Shown here one piece after another: positions 10,284-21,761 of a DNA stretch of 64,000 nt. The DNA comes from an uncultured cyanobacterium (GTDB lineage: Bacteria > Cyanobacteriota > Cyanobacteriia > Cyanobacteriales > Nostocaceae): contig OY970166.1 in NCBI GenBank assembly GCA_963706595.1, positions 4,480,001 through 4,544,000 on the forward strand, written 5' to 3'. How positions within the stretch are numbered: position 1 is the first letter of the stretch; the number at the start of each line of letters is the position of its first letter. The position numbers and the translations under genes are program-made. The notes beneath the pieces were generated by a model, which did not search any database, was not told the DNA's origin, and saw only the letters and a program-made list of their open reading frames with translations.

Positions 10284-11270
10284 TTACTCTATAAGACCTT
10301 GATGTTTGAACCAGAGAATGATGAAGCAAGTGATCACCCAACTCAAGACTGTCAAGAGAATAGGCAAGTCTTTTAATAAAACCTCTTCTGGTCGTTCACT
10401 ACGTCCACCTACTTCTGAAAGGCTATCGCCCTGAGTGGAAATTTCTTGGGGATCACTCAGGAGTTGATAGCGAAAAACGCCATACAAGACAAAAGGTAAA
10501 GTCATTAACATCCAAGAGGTAGATGCTCCATTCAGGGAAGGGCCAGAACTCCAAAGTGCATAGGTAACAATTGTACCAGTGGTGACTACATTTTCCATGC
10601 GATTCAGCAATGCTAGAGAGTAACGCTTGAGAACAGCACGGGTTTTGCCGCCTTTAATTTGCGCTAACCGCAGTTCGGCTTTGCGCTTTTCAATACCTAA
10701 AAACAGTGCCAGCATTGCTGTACACAGTAAAAACCAAGTTGATAAAACAATTCCTGTGGCAGCAGCGCCAGCATAGGCTCGTAGTACAAATCCGGTAGCG
10801 ATCGCACCTATATCCAAAATTGCCGTGCGCTTGAGTCGCAGATTATACAGTACCTGTAGAATTGCATAAGCAGTGATGGTTGCTCCTAATTGGGGCGATC
10901 GCCACCATGCAATCATTAAAGAACTACTGAGCAAAATCAATGCCATGCCTATGGCTACGGGAATACTGACTAAACCAGCCGCAATTGGTCGCTTACACTT
11001 GACTGGGTGCTGACGATCAGCTTCCACATCTGCGATGTCATTAATTAAGTAAAAACTACTAGATGTGTAACAAAATAAGACAAATGCTATTAAACTACCC
11101 AGTAATGACTGCAAATTGATACTAAAAGCAAATAAGGGTGCTGCAAATACCACGAGGTTTTTAGTCCATTGTCGTGGACGCAAAGCATTAATGTGGTGAA
11201 GCAACTTCTTAGAACTCTTTGCTATAGCAAGCAGTAATTTTGCAACAGGGGAAATATGCCGAGAGTTCAT
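10284..11270 (-). CDS. UbiA-family decaprenyl-phosphate phosphoribosyltransferase-like protein
   Basis: RPRQWTKN, YLINDIADVEADRQHPVKCKRPIAAG, KRKAEL, YGVFRY, RPEEVLLKD motifs. Confidence 0.85.
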   Translation of the reverse strand: MNSRHISPVAKLLLAIAKSSKKLLHHINALRPRQWTKNLVVFAAPLFAFSINLQSLLGSLIAFVLFCYTSSSFYLINDIADVEADRQHPVKCKRPIAAGLVSIPVAIGMALILLSSSLMIAWWRSPQLGATITAYAILQVLYNLRLKRTAILDIGAIATGFVLRAYAGAAATGIVLSTWFLLCTAMLALFLGIEKRKAELRLAQIKGGKTRAVLKRYSLALLNRMENVVTTGTIVTYALWSSGPSLNGASTSWMLMTLPFVLYGVFRYQLLSDPQEISTQGDSLSEVGGRSERPEEVLLKDLPILLTVLSWVITCFIILWFKHQGLIE

Positions 11271-11418
11271 ATAAAATTTGTCTCTCTGTGGTAAATAAAT
11301 GCCGTCAATGGATATCTGGGAAAAGTAAAAATACTGTTGCCAGTATCATAGTAATATTACTACCACAAGAAAATTCTCTGGTAACAGTAAAAAAAAACTT
11401 CACCGAATCTTTACATAA

Positions 11419-14400
11419 CTATTGCCATTGTTTAAGTTCATCGCTGATATTGCGGAGTAGGGTATTGATTTGAGTCCGGCGAGTTTCAAAGTTAGCAGCT
11501 ATGGAAATCAGTACGATACCGACTAGCAAGCCGACAATCCATTTTAAAAAGGGATAACTGAAGCTGAAAAGCACTAATTGATAGAAACTGGTAATCAAGA
11601 AAGTGGCTGTACCCAGATAAAGAAATGCCCTAGTTCGCAAAGCTAATCCGGCAAAGATGGCGATGAGGCTGAAGATTCCGGGGATGAAGGGTGTTTGTTG
11701 ATGAAACAAAATTGCCCATCCACAAATGAACCCACTGCCTAAGAGTCGTAAAGTGTGACGAGATGTTTTAGAGTTTGGTAGTCTCAACAAAGGATCTACT
11801 TGAGCAACATACAGCAGTGACAATCCGATTGTTGTCACATACCACAAAGGATCTGTGAGGCGGATGCTATCAAACCAGCGCAATAATGCCCAATCAATTA
11901 TTGCCACACTGATATATGTAAATCGAATATTGTTACCCATTTTGGCCAGGAAGATATAAAACCCAGCTGCTATGAGTAAGGCAATGGGGGAAACTTCCAG
12001 TCTGGTTTCCCATAAAATGATCAGGGGAACAATGTATGCGGCTTGTTGCCAAGGTCTTTTCGACCAACCCCAATTTTCCCAAGGTAAGATATAGAGAAAA
12101 TAGGCAATTACGCAGGCGATCGCACCATTCCAAGGCACTAAGGGACCACCTAACCACTGTCCTACGGCTGTTTCCCGCCAATACACTCGCATCGCCGCTA
12201 TCTCTAAGAATCCGAGGTAAACCCACAATTCTCCTAGAGTGATTCTGTTAAAGATGCGGGGAATTGCAGGGGTTCCCTTTCCTTGAAAGATGGCATATCG
12301 AATTAAAAATACCCCAGTGGCTAATCCTACCAAACGGTTAATGTCAATGGGAAGGGGAATCGCCGCCATTAATAAGCCACTACTCCAAAACCAGTGGAGA
12401 TGAGAGATACCTTTGAGTTCTTGGGGAGTCAGACGTAAGTAGCCAACAATCCAAGGGGTGAGAATGCGATAAGCATACATGATGCTCGTCCCCAGGGCAG
12501 ACATAGCAATTAAGCCATCGCCGAATGCGCCTCCCGTGGTTTGGGACATTTGATAAAACAGCAGTTCATAAGCGGAAATTGATATGCCAATGATGCCTAA
12601 ATATAACAGAGGTTTGAAAGCGGCATTTCTTCGCCCCACGCCAATGAGAATCAACGCTACACCCAAGGACAATAAACCAGTCCAATCGCTAAAGGTGTCT
12701 AAACGCAGCAGTACACTAAATCCGCCATAGATTAAGGGTAAAATATGCAAGCTAGTGGGGATTCTCTCTAATTCGTGTTTGCGTCGCCACCACTCTCCTA
12801 ACAGTTGGGCGAATAAACCCAAGGCGATGTTAGCAATTGCAATCCTGATTAATGAATGTTCTCCAAAAGCCAAGATTTCCGCAATGATTAATTCCACACA
12901 CCAACCGATACCGTAAAATGCCCAATTTGTGGGAGACTGCCAACTACGATAAACAATTGCCCCTAATGTGATAGTGGTGGCTGTTAAAAATAATGTTCCT
13001 GGGGTAAATAGCCCTAAATATACTAAACCTGAGTGTAGAGTCATCGTCAATAATTCGATGCCACATAATACACTCGCCCAGCCATCACAAGCTGCTGCAT
13101 ATATAGTTGCTAATTCGTTACCGCGTCGGTTGAGGGCTGTTCTGGCTAACCATAAACTGAGGATGGCGATCGCCCCAACCACAAACCACGCAGTTATACT
13201 AAGTTCAGGTATACTCTGCCACAGCAACGCCCCGGTTAAACTCAAGCCAAAACCAACTGTAATTATCGCCGTGGCTTTGTCTCTTAAATACCAAGTATTG
13301 GCAAACATTACAGCCGTAGCCACACCCAGACTAATTAATCTGGTTCCTGGCAGTGTTAAAGTTAATAGCTGATTGATACTGATAGCGACAATACTTAATA
13401 CAGTATTTGCCCTGCGCCGTTGTCCAGTGGTACGACTAGCTAAAGCTGTGAGACTTACAGGGGTAATTAGCCATAACCATCCCCAAGGATATTGGTTAAG
13501 AACTAGGTTATATCCAGTTTGTACATCACTTACCCACAGGAGACTAAAACTCACTACGGCAAGTCCTATGCCGATGTACCATGCACTACGTTGCCATAAG
13601 CCTGCGCCCAGACTAAATACCCATTCTGCGACCATCACAGCGAGTAAAATACTTACCCAGATGTGTATAGCTAGATTTGGTAATAGCCAATGAATACTGG
13701 CACACAGTGTCAGCACTCCCATGATGTGAGTCAGATATACCAAGGGAATGGTGACGGAAGAACGGCGTTTGGTGACGACTGCGAGAGTGATGGTAGAAAA
13801 GAGGAAATTGAGCGATCGCACTGTCGGATTTACAGTACCAATGGTGGTTAAAAAAGTCCCAAATAACAGCGTCAGCAGTTCACCAAATTTAGCTAATTCT
13901 GGCTTTTGGGCGCGATTTAGCTTTTCAGTAATTACCACCATGAATATTAAATAAGGGAATAAAGCGACACTTAATAATGCCCAGGGTTCATTGACAGCGT
14001 TAGTGAGTTGCAATCCAATGGCGATCGCTCTTTGTTGTATATCTCAAAGGTACTAACCGCCAACCCAGCCAAACTGCTTGTAAACCAATGGTAAAAAATG
14101 TTGCCAAGTCAATGAGGAAAGAATATCTTTGTAAGCGATTACCTACGTACCACAAAGCCAATCCACTCACGACTATGGCTTGTGCTGGTTGATCAAATAC
14201 TGCAACTAGCCAACCGAGGAATAGTAAAATACCTCCCAGGCGTTGCCAGATGGATGAAGAATCTCGGTTTTGTGCTAACCAAGTTGCCAACCAGCCGCAA
14301 ATCCCAATGGCTAAACCTAACTGAGTGACATTTACGCCATTGACAAAAATTGCTCGGATTAATAGAACTACTAACGCATAAATAATTACAGCAGCGAATA

Positions 14401-15284
14401 AGTTTATACCTAATTGATTCGGTTCGGAACGGGGATTTTCTGCGGTAATGGGGCAGCGGCTGTTGGTAGCGATTGTGAGAAATAGTAATGATAGTTGTAC
14501 CTACCATAGCCACGTAAATGGCAATGACGGGAAAGTTGGATAATTGCCAACCCCAATGCAAATAACTTAACCCCAAAACATTGACTAGAGGTAATTTCCC
14601 GGTGGGTAGGTTATTAAAAACGCTGCGATTTTTACAGAGGAGAATGGTAATAAATGTTAGAGTAGGACAGGCGATCGCCACTGTCAACCAGTCCAAAGGA
14701 TTTTGCCACAATTTGAAGCTATCCATTGCCCAAAAGTTCACCGGGATTAATAAAAGGGTGACAATCAGCAACGTCTGAGCTGTTAACCTGAGATTATCTT
14801 GTCTTCCCGCCCAAAAGCTAAATCCCCAGAAACTTAAGGTATACAGGAATAAAACACCATACTGTCCAGAAGCCGGAAACCTTTCCCACTGACTAGCAGC
14901 GAGTACGCCAGAGGAAACCACAACCAGAAATAAACCTAAAAACAGTAGCCAACGCACACTCAATTCCGCCCCCAGGGACTGCAACATTGAGGTGAGGAAG
15001 CTGGGTTCTGGTGGTGGTTTGGGTGTTTGTCTGCGGCTACTAGATGCTAAAGCTGCTACAGGCAAAGATTTTACAGGGTCAGAAACCGTGATAGATACCC
15101 TTTCTGGTTGAGTTACAGGTTCTAAGATGACTGGACAGACAAGAAACTGTCGGCATAGTTGCCTAACTTGGATATCGGATATTAAACCCAAACGCAACCA
15201 TATATCTAATCCTGCTAGTAATTGCGGGTGGGAGGATGATAAACTGAGTTCAATTTTTAAAGGTTGGTCAAATGGATATGGCAT
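11419..15284 (-). CDS. Large polytopic membrane protein (DUF2157-like), split by two +1 frameshifts near 14451 and 14044
   Basis: Three overlapping ORFs join into one hydrophobic reading frame when one base is removed at each site; ELSVRWLLFLG motif. Confidence 0.7.
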
Positions 15285-15339
15285 AAGCCGTAATCGTATC
15301 GGTAGATACTTATATCATTATTCGTGAAGAGTGGATTTA

Positions 15340-15643
15340 TGCGATCGCTATGCCACTTATTTTTGTTGACCACGATCATTTATTCTGTGATTTCTGCGTC
15401 AACCTGTAGGTGTTTTTTTCGGGATACCATTTTTTTCGGCTGAACCTCTTACCCTGACTAGGTTTCAGGCTCTGAATCGAGGAAGGAGGTTGACGCAAAT
15501 CCTCAAACCTTTACCAGTCAGGCTTTTTCGGTGTTTTTTAATTTCACCATCTTGACAACTTGGTTCTGAAACGGTACTTTTAGATCAGGTTGACGGAACT
15601 GAACCTTGAAAACCAAATATATCAATGCTTCCAGCACCGAGCT
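15340..15643 (+). promoter_or_regulatory. CRISPR leader
   Basis: Non-coding region directly before repeat 1; TGCGTCAACCT (15395)/AGGTTGACGCA (15487) inverted pair plus AGGTTGACGG (15587). Confidence 0.7.
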
Positions 15644-16988
15644 ATTGCAATTAAAACTAATCCCTATCAGGGATTGAAACAAGGACAACACTACTAAATA
15701 AAATTTGCAACATTGATTGCAATTAAAACTAATCCCTATCAGGGATTGAAACATCGATATTGAATTTAAGCGACTATTCCCAGAAGATTGCAATTAAAAC
15801 TAATCCCTATCAGGGATTGAAACCTTACACAACAATGGGCATCACAATTGATGCCCATAATTGCAATTAAAACTAATCCCTATCAGGGATTGAAACAGAG
15901 CATGAAGATGATGAAAATTGCTTTGGTGAAGATTGCAATTAAAACTAATCCCTATCAGGGATTGAAACTTATTTTTGCTCAACCAGTGACTGAGCAAACC
16001 TGAGATTGCAATTAAAACTAATCCCTATCAGGGATTGAAACATGGCATCCTAATTTTAAAGTGACTTTAATAATGAAATTGCAATTAAAACTAATCCCTA
16101 TCAGGGATTGAAACACAAACCTAAAGGCGCTGGAATTAAAGATTAACGATTGCAATTAAAACTAATCCCTATCAGGGATTGAAACAGCCTCTACCTTTAA
16201 AATGTAACTGTGATCATTCGCCTGAAGCTGTCCCAGATTGCAATTAAAACTAATCCCTATCAGGGATTGAAACTATCTGTGCAAGCGATCGCGCTTTGTC
16301 TCTACGCATTGCAATTAAAACTAATCCCTATCAGGGATTGAAACTTTTATTGCTTGGGCTGCTGGATTCCAATGTATTGCAATTAAAACTAATCCCTATC
16401 AGGGATTGAAACGCTGTTTTCCTTGCTACTAAGCTCAGTAGAAATATATTGCAATTAAAACTAATCCCTATCAGGGATTGAAACAGGGGAGAAATAACTT
16501 TCCACATAATGAATAAGAATTGCAATTAAAACTAATCCCTATCAGGGATTGAAACCGGGGAATACTTCCTTGACGACCTCAATAACCCCAATTGCAATTA
16601 AAACTAATCCCTATCAGGGATTGAAACAGCCGGGATGGCTTGCTCATCTGCTTGAAGTAAATGATTGCAATTAAAACTAATCCCTATCAGGGATTGAAAC
16701 GGCAGACAAAAATTTAATTCCTTATTTAAAGCTCTATTGCAATTAAAACTAATCCCTATCAGGGATTGAAACTCTTGTGGTTTGAATTTAGCTATCGGGG
16801 ATTCCTTATTGCAATTAAAACTAATCCCTATCAGGGATTGAAACTCCAGAAATACCAGTGATAGTTAGTGTGTATGTATATTGCAATTAAAACTAATCCC
16901 TATCAGGGATTGAAACATCTTAATGAAAACACTAATTTTGTCATAAGAAAAATTGCAATTAAAACTAATCCCTATCAGGGATTGAAAC
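15644..16988 (+). CRISPR. CRISPR array: 19 identical 37-bp repeats ATTGCAATTAAAACTAATCCCTATCAGGGATTGAAAC and 18 spacers (31-36 bp, one of 51 bp); cyanobacterial type I-D-like repeat; no cas genes in the window
   Basis: Repeats counted by eye, starting at 15644, 15716, 15787, 15860, 15932, 16005, 16078, 16149, 16237, 16308, 16376, 16448, 16519, 16591, 16664, 16736, 16808, 16880, 16952. AATCCCT-ATC-AGGGATT hairpin; the ATTGAAAC 3' end sets the orientation. Confidence 0.98.
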
Positions 16989-17046
16989 ATGGGAAACTTT
17001 TTCACGTATAGGAATCCGATTTGATTATTGAAAAAATCTAAGTATA

Positions 17047-17187
17047 TGTAGGGTGTGTTATGGCTTTAGCCTAACGCACCGTTCTCCAGGTCTTGGTGCG
17101 TTACACTTCGTGATAACACACCCTACGAAATATGTGCTTTTTAGTGTTATACACATTTGAGATTTATTATCAATGCGTAAGTCCTAA
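17047..17187. repeat. GTAG-type REP doublet plus MITE-like right end (TGCGTAAGTCCTA)
   Basis: GTAGGGTGTGTTAT...ATAACACACCCTAC inverted pair; the downstream segment is shared with 41161-41224. Confidence 0.7.
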
Positions 17188-17188
17188 C

Positions 17189-17330
17189 TAAGTAAGTCGG
17201 CGTAAATAATCAAAGGTTTGTAGTCAGGACTTTAGTCCTGAATTAAGGGCTGAGAGCAATTACTACGAGCTAAATAACAATAATTTTATATTGCTTCACA
17301 TAATTAGGTTTATTCTCGCCAACTTACTTA
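17189..17330. mobile_element. MITE-like element (imperfect TIR AGTAAGTCGGCG/CGCCAACTTACT, TA-flanked)
   Basis: Terminal inverted repeats are visible; related ends occur at 29499-29629. Confidence 0.6.
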
Positions 17331-17374
17331 ATGCCTATCAGAATTTTACCTACAAAGCTAGTAAAAAGATTGAA

Positions 17375-18823
17375 TTAAGAATCAGAACTAATCAAAGCTT
17401 TTTGCTGTTGATACATCTGCTTAAATAAAGCTTGCTGCACTTTATGATCTACAATCGGTGCAGGATAGTCAATACCTTGAAGCTCCAAAGGTGGAATTTT
17501 ACCAGTTACTAAATATTGTGTATCTACAGAGCGCAATTCTGATACCCATTGACGAATATATTCCGCCTCACCATCGAATTTTTGGGCTTGACTAGCAGGG
17601 TTAAAAATCCTTAACGGTTTCGGGTCCATTCCACTAGAAGCACTCCATTGCCAACCGCCATTATTAGCAGATAAATCACCGTCGATGAGTTTCTGCATAA
17701 AATATTTTTCTCCCAATTGGGGATTGATGATTAAATCTTTAGTTAAAAAACTCGCCACAATCATTCGACAACGGTTGTGCATCCAACCCATTTCATTTAA
17801 CTGGCGCATTGCCGCATCTACAATGGGATAACCAGTTCTCCCCTCGCACCAAGCCTGAAAATGTTCTGGGTTATTTTGCCAAGGAAAGTTTTTGAAGGTG
17901 TCGCGATAAGCACCCTCAGCTAATTCCGGGAAATTATACATGGCGTGTTGATAAAACTCCCGCCAAGCTAATTCCTGTTGCCATGTGCGGATACTAGCTG
18001 CTGTTTCTTCGCTGCGGCTAAATTCTTGCGCTTCTAAAGTAGCTTCCCACACCTTACGAATGCCAATAACACCAAATTTCAAAGCTGCACTCAATCTTGA
18101 TGTGCCATCAACGCCGGGAAAGTTACGCTGTTCTTGGTATTCAGTAATTGCACTGTGAGTAAATTCCTCTAATCTTTCTTGGGCTGCGGCTTCTCCTGGT
18201 GAAATGCTTAATTCTCCATCCCAGATAAATCCTAAGTCTTTAGCTGAAGGTAATGCAATGACTCCCGCTTGTTGGGCTATTTCCTGTTCAGCCTCTGTTA
18301 AACCTACGGCATTTTGCAGTGTTTCTACTGGTTTGGCTTTGGGTTTGCTACTCCAATTTTTCCAGAAAGGTCCGTAAACAGTGTAAGGACTTTTAGTACC
18401 TGTACGAATCTCCTCTGGTGAGTGGAGAATCTGATCCCAATTTTCGTGCAGAAATTCAATGCTGTTTAATTTTAGGATATCAATTATCGTGCGATCGCGC
18501 GTCTGAGAATAGGGTTCTACATCCCAGTTCCAAAATACAGCTTTGGCATTTAAAGCCCTTGCTAAAGCTGGTATAACTTGCACAGGATTGCCATGTAGGA
18601 TTAACAATTGGCTACCAACTTGTGCATATCGCTGTTGTAGTGCTTGTAAACAGCCAATCATGTACGTAACTCTCGCCGGGGCGACATCATCCCGTGACAG
18701 AATTTGAGTATCAAGGCAAAATACACCCACTACTTTTGCACTCCGCCCTCTAGCCGCAGCTAGTCCTGTATTATCAGAAATACGTAAATCACGACGATGC
18801 CAAAACAAAATTAAGTCAGACAT
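17375..18823 (-). CDS. phrA: Deoxyribodipyrimidine (CPD) photolyase
   Basis: [59 protein letters not shown]. Confidence 0.93.
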   Translation of the reverse strand: MSDLILFWHRRDLRISDNTGLAAARGRSAKVVGVFCLDTQILSRDDVAPARVTYMIGCLQALQQRYAQVGSQLLILHGNPVQVIPALARALNAKAVFWNWDVEPYSQTRDRTIIDILKLNSIEFLHENWDQILHSPEEIRTGTKSPYTVYGPFWKNWSSKPKAKPVETLQNAVGLTEAEQEIAQQAGVIALPSAKDLGFIWDGELSISPGEAAAQERLEEFTHSAITEYQEQRNFPGVDGTSRLSAALKFGVIGIRKVWEATLEAQEFSRSEETAASIRTWQQELAWREFYQHAMYNFPELAEGAYRDTFKNFPWQNNPEHFQAWCEGRTGYPIVDAAMRQLNEMGWMHNRCRMIVASFLTKDLIINPQLGEKYFMQKLIDGDLSANNGGWQWSASSGMDPKPLRIFNPASQAQKFDGEAEYIRQWVSELRSVDTQYLVTGKIPPLELQGIDYPAPIVDHKVQQALFKQMYQQQKALISSDS

Positions 18824-19050
18824 TCCACACCCATTATAGTTCCCTTGTACTAGTTTAGTCCTTGATGATACCCTTGAGCATCATTCTGATCATAAAGAAT
18901 GTAGGGCAAAGTCTCTACAAGGGTTTTGGAAAAACCAGATGTAAAATGTGAGCAATCCATAATCTCCGGTGAGCCTATCGGGATTGTGGCTTATTGAGTT
19001 AAAGTTAAGATACTCCTTTTAATCGACAATAGTTAATTAGTATTTTTGTC

Positions 19051-19605
19051 ATGCCCACCCTATTACTAGACGACGGCACAATCAAGCTAAATTTAGATGA
19101 AATAGTCCGAGAACTCGCGCCTCTTGACATTCGCCTAAAACATTATGACCCAGGAACATCAATGCTTTTCTCCCATCTTCTAGAACAGGATGTTTTGACT
19201 GATTTAGACGAACAGCAGATAATAGGACTGCATAACGGCGTTTTTGAATTTATTCAGCAAGAAAATGGCTATCTGTGGTCTGATTTGCTAAATCTACATC
19301 CTGGTTTACCAAATTTGCCAAATTTGATTGCTACTTACAGCCGTTACCATCATCATACTGCTCCTGAAGCCCTCTACGTATTGGCAGGAGAAATGATTTT
19401 TGGTTTTGTCAAACCCGATGGTCATCAGGTACAGCTGTTAATTCAACCCCAAGACTATATCCACATTCCCGCAGGTGTGGAACATTGGTGTAGTCCTACG
19501 GCATTGTTACATTTTAAAGCGGTACGATACTTTACAACTGTAGAAGGATGGGTTCCTAACTATACAGGAACTGAGTTAAGTGATTCTCTCCATAAGCCGT
19601 ATTAA
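19051..19605 (+). CDS. Acireductone dioxygenase-like cupin
   Basis: HHHTAPE metal motif, IHIPAGVEHW, KAVRYFT..EGWVP.YTG. Confidence 0.8.
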   Translation: MPTLLLDDGTIKLNLDEIVRELAPLDIRLKHYDPGTSMLFSHLLEQDVLTDLDEQQIIGLHNGVFEFIQQENGYLWSDLLNLHPGLPNLPNLIATYSRYHHHTAPEALYVLAGEMIFGFVKPDGHQVQLLIQPQDYIHIPAGVEHWCSPTALLHFKAVRYFTTVEGWVPNYTGTELSDSLHKPY

Positions 19606-19680
19606 GACTTTCAGCACTCAGTCAAAAACATTTGTAAGAGTGCAAATTTTTGCACCCTTACCCATTAGGTTGTAGTGCTA

Positions 19681-20196
19681 TTACTTACGCACCACGACTA
19701 AAGTCCCAGTTGAAGCCCAGTTATACAGTTGACGAGCTTGGGGAACTGGCAAATTTGTACAACCACGGCTAACTGGAGTCCCAAAATTGTTATGCCAGTA
19801 AGCACCATGAATGGCATAGCCGCCATGATAATACATAGCATAGGGGACATCAGGAATATCGTAGCCCCTGCCTCGCATTCGGTTAACACGATGCTTCGAT
19901 TTAATTCGATAAGTACCTGTAGGAGTGGGGGTAGAACGCTTTCCTGTGGAAACTCGGAATGAATACACGAGTTTCTTACCTTCCCAGGCGCGTAGACGTT
20001 GCTGGGATAAGCTAATTTCAATCCGGCGAGGTTTAGAGTTGCGTTGCGCTATGGTGAAACTATTGTTGGGCGGTGAGGCGTTCACCATAGCAGAGTTTGA
20101 GTTACCTGTGGTTGATGGTGGACAGGAAACCAAAGTAGCGATCGTCAATACTACACCTGTGCAGAAAGTTCCTGTTGAACGTATCCACCTTTGCAT
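19681..20196 (-). CDS. L,D-transpeptidase (YkuD family), exported
   Basis: [18 protein letters not shown]...SRGC motifs; N-terminal signal-like region. Confidence 0.9.
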   Translation of the reverse strand: MQRWIRSTGTFCTGVVLTIATLVSCPPSTTGNSNSAMVNASPPNNSFTIAQRNSKPRRIEISLSQQRLRAWEGKKLVYSFRVSTGKRSTPTPTGTYRIKSKHRVNRMRGRGYDIPDVPYAMYYHGGYAIHGAYWHNNFGTPVSRGCTNLPVPQARQLYNWASTGTLVVVRK

Positions 20197-20256
20197 ATTG
20201 CATTACCTTATATATTTGGTTTGCTAGTTTCGGCAAAAATGAGCTTCTTCTACCGT

Positions 20257-21761
20257 CTGGAGTTTAGACTAAATAGCCGAATTCAAAGGAAAAAATAAGG
20301 GGTGTGATTGAACACAGTCCCCCTATTAGCAGAAACTGAGAGCAGAACTACCAACTCTCATCTGCCAATATGAAATGTGCCAAACTAAAAGAATTCCGTC
20401 AAGCCGCGTACAACCACTTAGGTAGAGCGCATGACGTAACTTTTGAACTAATGGATGCAATATTGCTGACTCGTAACGCTTACAGTTTGGCAGATTTATC
20501 GCTATCGCCAGTATTTAGACGCAAGTGGCCAAGTATTTATGAGGCATTACAAGATAGCAGACCACAGCGACAAAAGTTGATGCAGTTATACATCAAACAG
20601 GTGACAACGCAGGAACGTCTGTTGTTAGTAGGTGACCATACGGCCTGGTCGCGCCCGGACGCGGTAACCCTACAGGAAAGGACAATTGAACATAGCAGTG
20701 TCACAGTAGCGGGAAACAAACCAATTACCATTGGTCACGGATATAGCACCATTGCTTGGATACCAGAAGATTCGGGTAGTTGGGCGTTACCCTTGAGACA
20801 TGAGCGAATTACGAGTTGGGAAAACCCGATACAGAAGGCAACTTGGCAACTACAACAAGTGTGTGAAAATTTACCAACTAGACCAATTTCGGTTTGGGAC
20901 AGTGAGTATGGCTGCGCCCCTTTTCTGTTGAAGACGGCCAACATCAAAGCAGACATTCTTGTCCGTTTGCGTTCAAATCTTTGTTTATGGAATGCACCGC
21001 CACCATATTCTGGAAAGGGAAGACCCAGAAAGCACGGTGAGAAATTTAAACTGAATGAATCCTCTACATGGAACGAAGTCACTCAAAGTTTAGAGGTGAA
21101 CCATCCCAAGCTAGGAAGAGTCAAGGTGAGGTTATGGTCAAATTTACATTTCCGTAAAACTGCTACACGCCCCATGTCTCTTATCAGGGTTGAACGTCTA
21201 GATGAGCAAGGCAATTTGAAGGTATCAAAACCTTTGTGGTTGGCTTGGGTTGGGGAACAAATGCCGACCTTAGAAAAAGTTTGGCAACTTTACTTGCGTC
21301 GCTTTACTGTTGAACATTGGTATCGTTTTTTAAAGCAACGCCTACACTGGACATTGCCCAAGCTTAGTACGCCTAAGCAATGTGACCGTTGGAGTGACCT
21401 TATGCCTCTGATGACTTGGGAATTATGGTTGGCTCGTGATAACGTTATTGACAACCCCCTACCTTGGCAGAAGTCATTAGACAAAATGACCCCTGGAATG
21501 GTTGCCCAGGCGATGGGGAGTATTTTTGCAGTGATTGGTACTCCTGCCCGTTCACCCAAACCTCGTGGAAAGTCTCCAGGCTGGAAGACCGGACAACCAC
21601 GCCAACGTAGAATTCGCTATCCCATAGTCAAAAAGACTACAACCAAGCCCCGCAAAAAGCAGCCAGAACCTGTTTAGGGTTGTAGATTTTCATGCCAGAA
21701 GCCTGTTTCTTTTCAACTCAGCGTTGCTGGGTCGTTTCTTGTTGCTTAGTCTAAACTCCAG
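20257..21761 (+). mobile_element. Complete insertion sequence, 1505 bp, with 16-bp perfect TIRs and a 6-bp TSD
   Basis: CTGGAGTTTAGACTAA (20257-20272) and TTAGTCTAAACTCCAG (21746-21761); TACCGT at both 20251-20256 and 21762-21767. Confidence 0.95.
20370..21677 (+). CDS. DDE transposase (IS701/IS4-like cyanobacterial family)
   Basis: GDHT, WDSEYG, YLRRFTVEHWYRFLKQ motifs; basic C-terminus; lies between the TIRs. Confidence 0.9.
   Translation: MKCAKLKEFRQAAYNHLGRAHDVTFELMDAILLTRNAYSLADLSLSPVFRRKWPSIYEALQDSRPQRQKLMQLYIKQVTTQERLLLVGDHTAWSRPDAVTLQERTIEHSSVTVAGNKPITIGHGYSTIAWIPEDSGSWALPLRHERITSWENPIQKATWQLQQVCENLPTRPISVWDSEYGCAPFLLKTANIKADILVRLRSNLCLWNAPPPYSGKGRPRKHGEKFKLNESSTWNEVTQSLEVNHPKLGRVKVRLWSNLHFRKTATRPMSLIRVERLDEQGNLKVSKPLWLAWVGEQMPTLEKVWQLYLRRFTVEHWYRFLKQRLHWTLPKLSTPKQCDRWSDLMPLMTWELWLARDNVIDNPLPWQKSLDKMTPGMVAQAMGSIFAVIGTPARSPKPRGKSPGWKTGQPRQRRIRYPIVKKTTTKPRKKQPEPV

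Noticed and set aside
15518..16525. Minus-strand ORFs 15518-15793 and 16331-16525
   Set aside because: They are translations of CRISPR repeats (FQSLIGISFNCN recurring)
15681..16951. Self-targeting of spacers within the window
   Set aside because: No match noticed by eye; a proper alignment is needed
16989..17040. Possible 19th spacer and degenerate terminal repeat (ATTATTGAAA)
   Set aside because: Too little repeat sequence remains to count it
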